Below the pieces are notes generated by a model. The model was not told the origin of the DNA, ran no database searches, and worked only from the letters and a program-made list of their open reading frames with translations. A stretch of DNA of 64,000 nucleotides from Longimicrobiales bacterium (GTDB taxonomy: Bacteria; Gemmatimonadota; Gemmatimonadetes; Longimicrobiales; Gaopeijiaceae), in NCBI GenBank assembly GCA_965198065.1, contig CBDAON010000004.1:32001-96000 (forward strand). Reading direction: 5' to 3'. A program made the position numbers and the translations under genes. How positions within the stretch are numbered: the stretch's first letter is position 1; each line of letters starts with the position of its first letter. This document shows, in pieces, positions 37,505-47,066 of the stretch.

Positions 37505-38214
37505 CGCTCGACGTCACGGCGATCCCCCTCGCCCTTCTGGCCGGGGTCGTCGGCGTGATGTCTCCGTGCGTATGGCCGCTGGTACCGGTGGTCATGGCCT
37601 CGGCGGCCACGGGTGGCCGAGGGGGGCCGTTCTTCCTGGCTGGGGGGCTCAGTCTTTCGTTTGGGGTTGCGGGCACGTTCCTCACGTTTCTCCTGGTCAG
37701 TACCGGGCTGGATCCCGAGCTTTTCCGGTACGTCGCGGCCGGCGCTCTGGTGGCGATGGGGATCTTGCTCGTCGTGGACCGTCTGGGCGAACGGGCGGCC
37801 GCCGTGCTCTCGCGCCTCACCGCGGGGTTCAATCCTGGCCGGAGCCTGAGCGCCGGGGGTGGTCCGGCGCAGTTCGGGGTGGGAGCGCTCCTGGGGGTTG
37901 TCTGGCTCCCCTGCGTCGGTCCCACCGTTGGCGTTGCGATCGCGCTCGCGGCCTTGGGGGAAAATCTTCTCAGCTCCTTCTCGGTCATGCTCTCGTACGG
38001 GGTGGGCACCGGGGGGGTACTGCTCGGCGTAGGGTTGTTCTCCGGAAGGATCCTGAAGAAACGGAACGGCCTCGGGTCCTCGGGACGCGCGCTGGGAAAG
38101 AAGATCCTGGGTTGGTCCGTGCTCGTTCTCGGGACGCTGGTGTTCACCCGGCTGGACAAGGTCCTGGAGGCCTGGGCCGTGGACCTCCTCCCGACCTGGG
38201 TCTTCACCTTATGA
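37501..38214 (+). CDS. CcdA/DsbD-family transmembrane electron transporter
   Basis: SPCVWPLVP and WLPCVGP twin-Cys motifs. Confidence 0.9.
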   Translation: MTLDVTAIPLALLAGVVGVMSPCVWPLVPVVMASAATGGRGGPFFLAGGLSLSFGVAGTFLTFLLVSTGLDPELFRYVAAGALVAMGILLVVDRLGERAAAVLSRLTAGFNPGRSLSAGGGPAQFGVGALLGVVWLPCVGPTVGVAIALAALGENLLSSFSVMLSYGVGTGGVLLGVGLFSGRILKKRNGLGSSGRALGKKILGWSVLVLGTLVFTRLDKVLEAWAVDLLPTWVFTL

Positions 38215-38427
38215 GCGGGCGCGGAAGCTGCGGTCCTGGCCCTTCGCTGGGGGACGATACTGGCTTCACTGTCCCTACTCCACCGGTCGACCACAGGGAT
38301 CGTGAGAGCGCCTCGTAGTCGATTCATCGCCACGGCCCTCGATCACGGCTCTGCCTTGCGGGCCTCCCCCCGCCCCGGCGACATTCGGCCCCACGCAGGC
38401 ATCGACGGACAATCCAGGAGGTCCTGC

Positions 38428-38904
38428 ATGAGGAGCGCCGCGCTCGCGGTCGGAGTCGCCGTCTTGCTGGTCTCCTCGGGGCTCGAGGGTCAGCAGCCCC
38501 TCGAGGGGGCCTGGCGCGTGACGGAAGTAGCGGGCCCGGGGCCGGGCGCCCCCGTGCTCGACTCACCCCAGCCTGGCCTCCTGCTCTTCACGGGCCGGTA
38601 CTACAGCTACACCCTCATTACGGGTGACCAGCCCCGTCCGGACCTGCCGAGCGGCGTGGTCTCCGCTACGGATCTGCTCAGGGCATGGAATCCGTTCACG
38701 GCGAACGCGGGCACCTTCGAAGTCTCGGGCAACACGATGATCCGGCGACCGATGGTTGCGAAGAACCCAGGCACGATGGCACCGGGAGTATTCAACGAGT
38801 ACACGTTCCGACTGAGTGCCGATACGCTGTGGGTCACGACGGTTGGGACCGAGTCGGGTCCTGCGATGAGCTCGCCTACGGTCAAGTACCTCCGCGTCCG
38901 CTGA
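38428..38904 (+). CDS. Exported lipocalin-like hypothetical protein
   Basis: SD AGGAGG; signal peptide; LEGAW, GLLLFT, ANAGTFEV. Confidence 0.7.
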   Translation: MRSAALAVGVAVLLVSSGLEGQQPLEGAWRVTEVAGPGPGAPVLDSPQPGLLLFTGRYYSYTLITGDQPRPDLPSGVVSATDLLRAWNPFTANAGTFEVSGNTMIRRPMVAKNPGTMAPGVFNEYTFRLSADTLWVTTVGTESGPAMSSPTVKYLRVR

Positions 38905-38969
38905 TCGAGGGTCGGGCTTCGATCAGGACCGGTGGCATGTGTTGCCCGTGTTCCTTCCTCGGCGACCAG

Positions 38970-39764
38970 CTAGGGGGAAGGCGCCTCCCTAGGATCCGCA
39001 GAAAAGGTGTTCGAGAGTGTCCCGATCCCATCAACGCGGACCTCCACCGTAGAGCCCGGCCTCATGGGAAGGGCCCCGGTCGACGTCCCGCACGCGATGA
39101 GATCTCCCGGCATGAGCGTCATGTCGCGCGACGTCCGCTGCACGAGGGCGAGGGGGGTGAAGAACATGTCGTTCACGCCGTAGTCCTGCCGCATCCGGCC
39201 GCCGACGTGGGTCGTCACCCGCAGCGATCCGGGGTCCAGATCCGTCGCGATCACCGGTCCGAAGGGACCGAACGTGTCGAAGCTCTTCGCGCGGCACCAT
39301 TGGGGAAAGGAAAGATCCTCGTGAATCACCTGGACGGCGGTGACGTCATTCACGCACGTGTACCCGAAGACGCAGTCGGCGGCCTCTGCTTCGGAGACCT
39401 CGCGGCAGCGCCTGCCGATCACGACTCCGAGCTCGCCCTCGAAAGAGACCCTGCCCTCGTAGGATCGAGGCCTCACGATCGCCCCTCCGGGAGCGAGGAG
39501 GGACGACGGAGATTTCATGAAGTAGAGGGGCTCCTTGGGCTCGGCCCACCCCTGCTTCGTCGCCGCCGGGCGCAGGTTGTTCCACAGCCCGATCATCTTG
39601 GTAGGCTGGCACGGGGTCAGGACCTCTACCGCGGTGAGCGGGATGCGCTCTGATGTCGCTTCCGGGTGGTCGAACATCTCCCCCCGGTGGACGGTGATCT
39701 CGCCTTCCTCCAGGGTTCCGAACTTGACGTCCGCGTCGTGCCTGACCCGGATCCAGAGCGCCAT
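38970..39764 (-). CDS. Fumarylacetoacetate hydrolase family protein
   Basis: EPLYFMK, FEGELG, GYTCVNDVT, AKSFDTF, PGDLIACGT. Confidence 0.93.
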   Translation of the reverse strand: MALWIRVRHDADVKFGTLEEGEITVHRGEMFDHPEATSERIPLTAVEVLTPCQPTKMIGLWNNLRPAATKQGWAEPKEPLYFMKSPSSLLAPGGAIVRPRSYEGRVSFEGELGVVIGRRCREVSEAEAADCVFGYTCVNDVTAVQVIHEDLSFPQWCRAKSFDTFGPFGPVIATDLDPGSLRVTTHVGGRMRQDYGVNDMFFTPLALVQRTSRDMTLMPGDLIACGTSTGALPMRPGSTVEVRVDGIGTLSNTFSADPREAPSP

Positions 39765-39941
39765 GATGGTCTTTCGCTCGTTTCGGGGGAACCCGCGAGC
39801 CTCGGGGAGCGTCAGGGTAGGACCGAAACGCGCCCCTTCGCAACGCGGGCGGCGGGAGGCGCTACTGCGACCATGCTCGAGAGGCGCTCTTCACCCCGCC
39901 GCCCTCGCGCGAGTGCATGAAGCGAACTTGGACTGGGAGGA

Positions 39942-41477
39942 ATGATCGTGCCCGAGGCTACCACCGTACGAGCGCTCCTGGAGCGCGGTGAGGCCAGCGC
40001 CGTTGCAATCGGGGCTCCCGGACGCTCCGACCTCGACTATGCAGGCCTGAGAGATCACGTCGCTCGGACGGTCACCGCCCTAAACGAGATGGGCCTCGGC
40101 CGGGGCGACCGCGTGTGCATCGTGCTTCCGAACGGGCCGGAGATGGCGTCCGCGTTCGTGTCGATCGCGGCGGGAGCCGCCACCGCGCCGCTGAACCCCA
40201 ACTACCGACGTAGGGAGTACGATTTCTACCTGGAGGATCTCGGAGCAAAGGCACTGGTCGCCGAGGCCGGAAGTGGGTCTGATGCAGTGGAGAGTGCGCG
40301 AAACCTGGGGATCGCCGTGCTCGAGCTGCGAGTTCCGGACGGCGCGCGCGCGGGCGAGTTCGAGCTCGTGCCCGACGCTGGCTCCGACCTGGAGTCGACG
40401 ACGTCGCCCGGACCCACCGGTGCGGACGACGTGGCGCTCGTGCTCCACACGTCGGGCACCACCTCGCGCCCGAAGATCGTCCCGCTCCTTCAGGGAAACG
40501 TCTGCGCGTCGGCGAGGAACATCGTCGCCACCCTTCGACTGACTTCCGACGATCGATGCCTGAACGTAATGCCGCTCTTTCACATCCACGGGCTCATGGC
40601 GCCGGTCTTCGCGTCGCTCTCGGCCGGTGCGTCCGTGGCGTGCACTCCGGGGTTCAACGCGCTCAAGTTCTTCGCGTGGCTAGATGAGGTTCAGCCTACG
40701 TGGTACTCCGCCGTCCCCACGATGCACCAGGCGATCCTCTCCCGGGCGGTAAGGAATGCGGAGGTCATTGCACGGGCTGGGCTCCGCTTCATCCGTTCTT
40801 CTTCCGCATCCCTGCCGCCACAGGTCCTTCAGGAGCTGGAGGACGCGTTCGGGGCTCCGGTCGTGGAGGCGTACGCGATGACCGAGGCCTCCCATCAGAT
40901 GACGTGCAACCCGCTGCCCCCCGGCGTCCGAAAGCCCGGGACGGTGGGACCCGCAGCAGGACCCGAGGTCTCCATCATGGATGACGAGGGTAACCTGCTG
41001 GAGGCCGGCCAGGTCGGTGAGGTCGTCATTCGCGGCCCAAACGTCACCGGCGGATACGAAAACAACCCCGAGGCCAACGCCAAGGCCTTCACCAACGGAT
41101 GGTTTCGCACGGGGGACCAGGGCATCATGGATGGGGAAGGCTACGTCACCCTCACGGGCCGTCTCAAGGAGATTATCAACCGTGGGGGAGAGAAGATCTC
41201 GCCCAAGGAAGTCGACGAGGTCCTGATGGATCACCCCGCGGTTGCGCAGGTCGTGACCTTCGCGGTCCCGCACGACAAGCTCGGCGAAGAGGTCGCGGCG
41301 GCCGTGGTGCTCCGGGAGGGCGCTTCCGCGACTCCGGCGGAGCTGCGTGACTTCGCGGCCGGGCGCCTTGCCGACTTCAAGGTCCCGCGCCAGATCCTCC
41401 TGACGGACGAGATTCCGAAAGGCCCGACGGGCAAGCTTCGCCGGATCGGACTGGCCGAGCAGCTCGGAATCGCCTGA
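39942..41477 (+). CDS. Acyl-CoA synthetase, oxalate--CoA ligase-like
   Basis: LHTSGTTSRPK, PLFHIHG, WYSAVPTMH, FIRSSSASL, EAYAMTEASHQM. Confidence 0.85.
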   Translation: MIVPEATTVRALLERGEASAVAIGAPGRSDLDYAGLRDHVARTVTALNEMGLGRGDRVCIVLPNGPEMASAFVSIAAGAATAPLNPNYRRREYDFYLEDLGAKALVAEAGSGSDAVESARNLGIAVLELRVPDGARAGEFELVPDAGSDLESTTSPGPTGADDVALVLHTSGTTSRPKIVPLLQGNVCASARNIVATLRLTSDDRCLNVMPLFHIHGLMAPVFASLSAGASVACTPGFNALKFFAWLDEVQPTWYSAVPTMHQAILSRAVRNAEVIARAGLRFIRSSSASLPPQVLQELEDAFGAPVVEAYAMTEASHQMTCNPLPPGVRKPGTVGPAAGPEVSIMDDEGNLLEAGQVGEVVIRGPNVTGGYENNPEANAKAFTNGWFRTGDQGIMDGEGYVTLTGRLKEIINRGGEKISPKEVDEVLMDHPAVAQVVTFAVPHDKLGEEVAAAVVLREGASATPAELRDFAAGRLADFKVPRQILLTDEIPKGPTGKLRRIGLAEQLGIA

Positions 41478-41490
41478 CCCGGGAAGGTCG

Positions 41491-42483
41491 ATGCGGATCT
41501 GTATCTACGGAGCGGGCGCGATTGGCGGCTACCTGGGCGCCGAGCTGGCCCGGGCCGGCGAGGAGATCACTCTCATTGCCCGGGGCCCTCACTTGGAGGC
41601 CATGCGGAAGAGTGGCCTGAGGCTCCTCATCGATGGCGAGGAGCGCGTGGCGCACCCCGTCTGTACGGATGACCCGGGCGAAGCGGGCATCCAGGATTAC
41701 GTGATCATGACGGTAAAGGCGCACTCCGCGCCCGCGATCGTCTCGCCCATGCAGTCCCTGCTCGGCCCTGACACCGCAGTGGTGACCGCCATGAACGGCG
41801 TGCCCTGGTGGTATTTCTACGGAATCGAGGGCCCGTGGCAGAACCACCGGCTCGAGAGCGTCGATCCAGGTGGGGTTCAGTGGGAGGGGATCGGGCCGGA
41901 GCGGGTGATCGGATGCGTCGTTTACCCCGCTACGGAAGTCGTGGAGCCCGGGGTCATCCGTCACATGAGCGGAAACCGGTTCACGCTCGGTGAGCCGTCC
42001 GGAGATAAGACGGATCGTGTTCAGGCACTCTCGGCGGCGCTCATCGCCGCCGGGATGCGAGCTCCGATGCGAAGCATCCGGGACAAGATCTGGGTGAAGC
42101 TTTGGGGAAACCTCTGCTTTAATCCGATCAGCGCCTTGACCCTGGAGACTCTCGATGTTGTAGCCAGCGAGAGGGGCACCCGCGGCGTAGCCCGGGCCAT
42201 GATGACCGAGGCTCAGTCAATCGGCGAGAAGCTGGGGGTGCGGCTGCCGGTCGGGATCGAGAAGAGAATCGACGGAGCCGCGGCCGTCGGAGCCCACCGG
42301 ACCTCGATGTTGCAGGACCTGGAGCGCGGACGTCCGATGGAGATCGACGCTCTCGTCACTGCGGTCCAGGAGATGGGCCGCCTCGTCGGCGTCCCGACGC
42401 CCACGATCGACGTCGTGTTGGCGCTGGTCCAGCAGCGAGCCCATCAGGCCGGCCTGTACGAGTATGCGGCCGGGAGTCGGTAG
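41491..42483 (+). CDS. Ketopantoate reductase-family protein (possible oxalyl-CoA reductase)
   Basis: GAGAIGG, MNGVPWWYF, WVKLWGN, TSMLQD..GRPMEID. Confidence 0.85.
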   Translation: MRICIYGAGAIGGYLGAELARAGEEITLIARGPHLEAMRKSGLRLLIDGEERVAHPVCTDDPGEAGIQDYVIMTVKAHSAPAIVSPMQSLLGPDTAVVTAMNGVPWWYFYGIEGPWQNHRLESVDPGGVQWEGIGPERVIGCVVYPATEVVEPGVIRHMSGNRFTLGEPSGDKTDRVQALSAALIAAGMRAPMRSIRDKIWVKLWGNLCFNPISALTLETLDVVASERGTRGVARAMMTEAQSIGEKLGVRLPVGIEKRIDGAAAVGAHRTSMLQDLERGRPMEIDALVTAVQEMGRLVGVPTPTIDVVLALVQQRAHQAGLYEYAAGSR

Positions 42484-42492
42484 AAGCCGAGC

Positions 42493-44001
42493 CTACCCGC
42501 CGACGATCGGGACCCAGATTGTCCAGTAGATCAGAACCAGCGTCATCCCCGTGAAGACCACGAGGCTCATCCAGCCGAACCACCGGGCGAAGGTCGACGG
42601 ATAGAATGCCCGATCCTGCCTGGGGATCACGACCAGACAGTAGTAGAAGTTCAGGAAAAAGATGACGGGGGCGACGAAGGCAGCGAGCGCCGAAGCGACC
42701 AGGACGAGAAAGACGGGACGCTGAAGGCCCGCGATGATCGCGACCGACGCGACGAGGGAGTACATCATCGTGGCGCGGTAGATGTTGTATTCGGAGTACC
42801 AGATCCGCCGATGCTCCGACGTGAGACCTTCCGGGTCGGTGCCGCTGAGCCCGGCCGTCCCGCGGAACAGGTTGCGACAGCAGGCTCCCACGATCCTGGG
42901 CCAGCCGTCGAAGTAGTTGAAGGCTGTCGAGAAGGTGGCAGCGAAGGCTCCCACCATGAACACGGCCATCATGCCCTGGCCGAGGCTCTGGGTGAAGATG
43001 CCCGCGATCTCGCCCATCACGGCCCGACCCTCGATCGGGCTCGGAAAGAGCCACACAGCCGCGAGCAGCAGGAAGATGGACGCGAGCACAAAGGAGACCA
43101 CGTGGCCGGCACGGAAGTCCCACGTGCCGATCTTGAACCACCTTCTGCAGTACTCCGCCGCGTTGGCCGGAAGCCTGCCTGTGTCCACGCTGAGGTCGTC
43201 CCGGTTGGGTGCGAACGGGTCGAATCGGTTGGCGAGTCCCAGGCCCTCGAGCCGCTCGCGAATCTTGCTCATCCCCTTCTTCTTCGCCTTCCCCCACTCG
43301 GACGCCTGGAGCGACACGTCCATTCCGGTCGGCAGCAGACCCAGAAAGGCAGCGATGATGAGCCAGGATCCTTCGGGGACCTCCACCGTGAAGAAGCGCC
43401 CCATGTCCGAGAGCGGAGCGGGCTCCGCCACGTACACTGCCAGCGTGGACAGGACTAGCACCGCCGCGAGGAGCTTGGCGGCGATCTCCACCGCCTTGTA
43501 GCGACCCCGGAGAATGATGGCCACCGAGATCACGGCGAGGATGAGGCCGTACACCGGAAGCGAGACGGGAAGGCCCATCACCTCGGATCCCACGTAGAAC
43601 AGGACTGCCGCGGCGGCGATGAGGCGCCCCGCCTGCCCCAGGGCGCACTGGATGAGCGTCGTGATCAGCACGTACCACAGCGGCCACTTCTTCCACGCCG
43701 TGCTATACGCCTCAATCATGCTCTTTCCGGTGGCGTTCGTGAAGCGGAAGGCCATCTCGAAGCCGTAGTACTTGAACACGTACGCCACGGGAACGCACCA
43801 CAGGAGCGCATAGCCGAAGCGCCCCCCCGCGGTGGGAGCGGTGACCAAGTGGCTCGTTCCGATCCCCGTCATCATCAGGATTATGCCGGGCCCGAAGTGA
43901 TTCATTAGGCCCCGCGGGGTCAGGTCGGGCATCGCCAGGTCCGAGAACGCTTCGTTGGCGCTGGGAGAGGTCGTGACGGGGTCGGTTGGATCGGAGGCCA
44001 T
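42493..44001 (-). CDS. NRAMP-like (APC superfamily) transporter
   Basis: GPGIIL..IGTSHL..GGRFGY.LLW, RFTNATGKS, AATFST; multiple TM helices. Confidence 0.8.
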   Translation of the reverse strand: MASDPTDPVTTSPSANEAFSDLAMPDLTPRGLMNHFGPGIILMMTGIGTSHLVTAPTAGGRFGYALLWCVPVAYVFKYYGFEMAFRFTNATGKSMIEAYSTAWKKWPLWYVLITTLIQCALGQAGRLIAAAAVLFYVGSEVMGLPVSLPVYGLILAVISVAIILRGRYKAVEIAAKLLAAVLVLSTLAVYVAEPAPLSDMGRFFTVEVPEGSWLIIAAFLGLLPTGMDVSLQASEWGKAKKKGMSKIRERLEGLGLANRFDPFAPNRDDLSVDTGRLPANAAEYCRRWFKIGTWDFRAGHVVSFVLASIFLLLAAVWLFPSPIEGRAVMGEIAGIFTQSLGQGMMAVFMVGAFAATFSTAFNYFDGWPRIVGACCRNLFRGTAGLSGTDPEGLTSEHRRIWYSEYNIYRATMMYSLVASVAIIAGLQRPVFLVLVASALAAFVAPVIFFLNFYYCLVVIPRQDRAFYPSTFARWFGWMSLVVFTGMTLVLIYWTIWVPIVGG

Positions 44002-44167
44002 GGCGCTCTTGGCTGATCAGTCTGGGGAACCAGCTCCTGCGGCGTGGGGGTCCATATTGTGGGGGCTGCGATTAGGAGGCAATGGTGGTCCTCCAGCTCC
44101 ACGAGGGGCCGAGCTCGGGCGCATTAACGCCCCCGCTCTGGACCCGGAGGCGGCCCGGGCTCCGCCC

Positions 44168-46930
44168 TTACCTCGCCACCCCGACCGCCTCACGGGGCCG
44201 TCCGGCCGGTTCCGTCGCCGCATGGCGAAGCGCGGCTTGGGCCGCGGCCAGTCGGGCCACCGGGACGCGGTAGGGCGAGCAGCTCACGTAGTCCAGGCCG
44301 AGACGATGGCAGAGCTCGATGGATTTCGGGTCCCCGCCGTGCTCCCCGCAGATCCCTACCTCGAGGTCGGGCCGGACCCGCCGCCCAAGCTCGAGTGCCG
44401 TGCCCATGAGCCGTCCGACCCCCTCCGGGTCGAGCGTCGCGAACGGGTTTTCGGGGAAGATCTTGCGCTGTACGTAGGCGGCTACGAACCCGGCCTCCGC
44501 ATCATCGCGTGAGATCGCGAACACGGTCTGGGTCAGGTCGTTCGTGCCAAACGAGAAGAACTCGGCGACGTCGGCAATCTGGTCCGCGGTGAGAGCTGCT
44601 CTCGGCACCTCGATCATGGTCCCGAGCTTGAACGGGATCTCGATGCCGCGCTCCGCCATGACCTCGCGCCCCACGGCTTCCACTTCCGCCCGCTGGGTGC
44701 GCAGCTCTTCCACGTGCGCGACGAGCGGAATCATGATCTCCATTTTCACGTCCACTCCATCCTCGAGGCACGTCGCGGCAGCCTCGAAGAGCGCGCGGGC
44801 CTGCATCCGGGTGAGCTCCGGGAGGAGGATCCCGAGCCGGCACCCGCGTGTTCCCAGCATAGGGTTCGACTCCCGGAGGCTCTCGGTCCGCTCGAGGAGG
44901 CGTACCTTCGCCTGCAGCTCTGCCGATACGGATTCCAGCTCGGCCGGGTCCTTCGACGTCCGCATCCGGGCCCGGAGCTCGGCGGTCTCCACGAGGAGGC
45001 CCTCGTAGCTGGGCAAGAACTCGTGCAGCGGAGGGTCGAGCAGGCGCACCACCACCGGGAGCCCGTCCATAACCCGGAAGAGCCCCTCGAAGTCCATCCT
45101 CTGGTACGGAAGGAGCTTGTCGAGCGCTTCGAGGCGGTCGTGGGGGCTTCGGGCCATGATCATGTCCCGCATGATCGGTAGCCGGTCTTCCTCGAAGAAC
45201 ATGTGCTCCGTGCGGCAGAGCCCGATGCCCTGCGCGCCGTTTTCCCGTCCGCGGTGGGCGTCCCTCGGGTAGTCGGCGTTCGTCCAGACCCCGAGCCGTC
45301 GGATCTCGTCCGCCCAGTCGAGCAGGCGAGACAACCACTGGTCCCGCACGTCCGGAACGATCGTGGCGACCCTTCCCAGATAAATCTGTCCCCGCTCTCC
45401 GTCGATCGAGATTGCTTCCCCCTCTCGGATCACGAGGTCTCCTCCCACACGGATCTCCCGCGCCTCGAGGTCGATGTCCAGGTCCTCGACGCCGACCACG
45501 GCCGGTTTCCCGAACTGGCGCGCCACGAGGGCGGCGTGGCTCGTGCGGCCGCCCCGGCTCGTGAGGATCCCGCGGGCCGCGAGCATCCCGTGCACGTCGT
45601 CGGGCCTGGTCTCGGGACGCACCATGATCACGTCCTTCCCCTCCTGGCCTCCCCAGCGCTCCGCCGTGTCAGCATCGAGCGCCACGACTCCGACGGCCGC
45701 TCCCGGAGACACGTTCAGTCCCTCGGCCACGAGGCGAGCGGCCCGACGGGCGGACTCGTCGAACTGGGGGTGGAGGAAGAAGCTCAGCTGGTCGGGCGAC
45801 ACTCGGAGGACGGCCTCGTCACGGGAGATGAGCCCTTCATCCACCATGTCCACCGCGATGCGCACCTCGGCCTGGGCCGTCCGCTTTGCGTCCCGAGTCT
45901 GGAGCAGCCACAGCGTGCTGCGCTCGACTGTGAACTCCATGTCCTGCATGTCGCGATACCGACGCTCGAGCGCCTCCGCGATCCCGACGAGCTTCCGGTA
46001 GGCCTCGGGGAAGCGCGCCTCCATGGTTCCGATGGGGAGCGTCTGACGAATTCCCGCGACGACGTCCTCGCCCTGGGCATTCACCAGGAAGTCGCCCTCG
46101 AGACCCGGCTCTCCCGTGGACGAGTTCCGGCTCATCGCGACGCCGGTGACCGAGTCGTCCCCCATGTTTCCGAAGACCATGGCCTGGACGTTAACCGCGG
46201 TACCGAGGTCGTGAGGAATCTCCACGGCGTTCCGGTAATCCACGGCACGTTTCCCGTTCCACGACCGGAACACGGCTTCCGTGGCTCCCCGGAGCTGCAC
46301 GCGAGGGTCCTGAGGGAACTCGGCCCCTGTGTCCCGGCGGACCAGCTCCTTGAAGGCTTCGGTGACCTGGCGCCAGTCGTCGGCTCCGAGATCGGCATCG
46401 GACGAGACCCCCGAAGCACGGCGTCGCTCAGCAATCACCTTCTCGAACGCCTGGTCTCCCATGCCCTTCACGACCAAACCGTACATCTGGACGAGCCGGC
46501 GGTACGAGTCGAATGCGAAACGCTCGTCGCCGCTCAGGTTCGCCACGCCCTCGGCCACTTCGTCGTTCATGCCGAGGTTCAGGATCGTGTCCATCATCCC
46601 GGGCATGGAGAACTTCGATCCAGACCGGCAGGACACGAGAAGCGGGTTCGCGGGGTCCCCGAACGCCTTTCCGGTCGCTTCCTCGATCCGACGGATGGCG
46701 TCTTCGATCTGCGCCCAGATGTCCGGGGCGAGCGTCTCACCCCCGTCGAGGTAGGCGATGCACGCCTCGGTCGTCACGGTGAACCCCGGCGGCACCGGGA
46801 GCCCCTGCCGCATCATGTCGGCGAGATTGGCTCCCTTTCCTCCGAGGAGCCCACGGACCCCCTCCCAGCCCTCCGTCCTGGCCTCGACCTTCCCGAGGTC
46901 GGTCAGCAGGTAGACCCACGGCCGATCCAT
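44168..46930 (-). CDS. ppdK: Pyruvate, phosphate dikinase
   Basis: LGGKGANL, SMPGMMDT, GGRTSHAALVAR, GLCRTEHMF, FSFGTNDL, GICGEHGG. Confidence 0.97.
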   Translation of the reverse strand: MDRPWVYLLTDLGKVEARTEGWEGVRGLLGGKGANLADMMRQGLPVPPGFTVTTEACIAYLDGGETLAPDIWAQIEDAIRRIEEATGKAFGDPANPLLVSCRSGSKFSMPGMMDTILNLGMNDEVAEGVANLSGDERFAFDSYRRLVQMYGLVVKGMGDQAFEKVIAERRRASGVSSDADLGADDWRQVTEAFKELVRRDTGAEFPQDPRVQLRGATEAVFRSWNGKRAVDYRNAVEIPHDLGTAVNVQAMVFGNMGDDSVTGVAMSRNSSTGEPGLEGDFLVNAQGEDVVAGIRQTLPIGTMEARFPEAYRKLVGIAEALERRYRDMQDMEFTVERSTLWLLQTRDAKRTAQAEVRIAVDMVDEGLISRDEAVLRVSPDQLSFFLHPQFDESARRAARLVAEGLNVSPGAAVGVVALDADTAERWGGQEGKDVIMVRPETRPDDVHGMLAARGILTSRGGRTSHAALVARQFGKPAVVGVEDLDIDLEAREIRVGGDLVIREGEAISIDGERGQIYLGRVATIVPDVRDQWLSRLLDWADEIRRLGVWTNADYPRDAHRGRENGAQGIGLCRTEHMFFEEDRLPIMRDMIMARSPHDRLEALDKLLPYQRMDFEGLFRVMDGLPVVVRLLDPPLHEFLPSYEGLLVETAELRARMRTSKDPAELESVSAELQAKVRLLERTESLRESNPMLGTRGCRLGILLPELTRMQARALFEAAATCLEDGVDVKMEIMIPLVAHVEELRTQRAEVEAVGREVMAERGIEIPFKLGTMIEVPRAALTADQIADVAEFFSFGTNDLTQTVFAISRDDAEAGFVAAYVQRKIFPENPFATLDPEGVGRLMGTALELGRRVRPDLEVGICGEHGGDPKSIELCHRLGLDYVSCSPYRVPVARLAAAQAALRHAATEPAGRPREAVGVAR

Positions 46931-47066
46931 GTACTCTCTTCCGGCTCGAGGTTGTGCACCATCCGGTTCAGCCGCGCGGATTCTAACACATGCGCCGCCG
47001 GGCTGGCGAGCGCCTCCGGCGGAGCCATTCTTCCCCCTCGTCCCGGCCGTGGGTAGCTTAACCCTC

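Noticed and set aside
33177..38300. Prophage or integrative element at ssrA
   Set aside because: No integrase, transposase, phage gene or att duplication was seen in the window.
38901..38926. Hairpin ctgatcga..tcgatcag between convergent genes
   Set aside because: Short stem with no U-tract; possibly a terminator but too weak to call.
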